The notes under the pieces were generated by a model. That model was not told the origin of the DNA and ran no database searches. It saw only the letters and a program-made list of their open reading frames with translations. From NCBI GenBank assembly GCA_038131935.1, contig JAYPQH010000006.1:1-53622 (forward strand): DNA of 53,622 nt. The letters are read 5' to 3'. This DNA is from Alphaproteobacteria bacterium (GTDB taxonomy: Bacteria > Pseudomonadota > Alphaproteobacteria > UBA8317). Shown in pieces: positions 53,065 through 53,622 of the stretch. Both the position numbers and the translations under genes were made by a program. Within the stretch, counting starts at the first letter, position 1; the number at the start of each line of letters is the position of its first letter.

Positions 53065-53622
53065 ATGGCTGCAAAAGAAGCTCCACCAGTCGAAGAAGAA
53101 GGCCAGCCGACGAAGAATGTCCCAAATGCCCACCTGTGGGCGCGCTGGCGCTGACGGCTACTTTCGCGGATATGGCCACCTCGTTGATGGCGTTCTTTGT
53201 TTTCGATTTTGTCATTTGCTGAATTTAACGTGCCAAAATCAAGCAGATTTTTAGGTCCGCCGATGAAGGATTTTGGTGTCTGTGAAAAATTATCCTGCTT
53301 GTTGAGCAGCTCTAAAGGGAACGACCTTACTGCAATTAAGCTTCACCATCTCCATCGCCGTCGGTGATTGATGAGGCAACTCTGTATTAACACGCAAGAC
53401 AATAAACTGGTTAAATTGAGCAGCTAACTGATAATGACTGAGCCAAGGATCAGATCAGCTTCAGGGTGCGAAATGAATGGAAGGCTTAGGTGGCAAGATA
53501 AAGATATGGGACAGAGTTCCAGAAAGCATTGCGGGCAGAGCGTTTGGCCGATGCTATTAATCAATTGGCAGCAAATTCAGACATAGAAGCACGCGTGATG
53601 GATGGCACTGTCGTTGTGGGTC
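53065..53622 (+). CDS. motB: Flagellar stator B subunit (PomB/MotB), frameshifted, runs off the window
   Basis: ECPKCPPVG...ATFADMAT.LMAFFV...FAEFNVPK; follows motA with a GAGG RBS. Confidence 0.85.

Noticed and set aside
44942-53622. Calling the flagellins, motA/motB and the recombinase pseudogenes
   Set aside because: Breaks are mostly small indels, often at homopolymers, and affect all genes in the region while motifs stay intact. This fits long-read error better than decay, but reads are needed to be sure.
1-53622. CRISPR arrays, tRNA/rRNA genes, IS elements
   Set aside because: None recognised on reading either strand; a covariance-model scan would be needed to exclude small RNAs.

Overview
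Alphaproteobacterial chromosome segment. It opens with housekeeping genes (glmM, serC, serA, purA, rpoH, rluD and small conserved hypotheticals). From about 10 kb it carries a large sigma54/sigma28-controlled flagellar cluster of the gammaproteobacteria-like type: fliS, fliD, flgBCDEFGHIJKL, sltF, a second short hook-like gene, fliA, flhG, flhF, flhA, flgP, flgT, flgA, flgM, two flagellins and motA/motB of PomAB type. The standout is an apparent invertible flagellin cassette at about 44.97-51.15 kb. An expressed flagellin (about 395 aa) and an oppositely oriented flagellin body (about 810 aa) with no promoter or start codon share an exact 23-bp inverted repeat beginning at codon 9. The repeat has a tyrosine-recombinase-like arm/7-bp spacer/arm structure, and an intact tyrosine recombinase lies between the two genes. 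Inversion would fuse the single promoter and first 8 codons to the other flagellin. The hook (FlgE) and hook-filament junction (FlgK) proteins are both very large (about 1,440 aa). Many indels, especially beyond 45 kb, look like long-read consensus errors, so boundaries there are approximate. All calls come from motif recognition by eye; no database searches were run.
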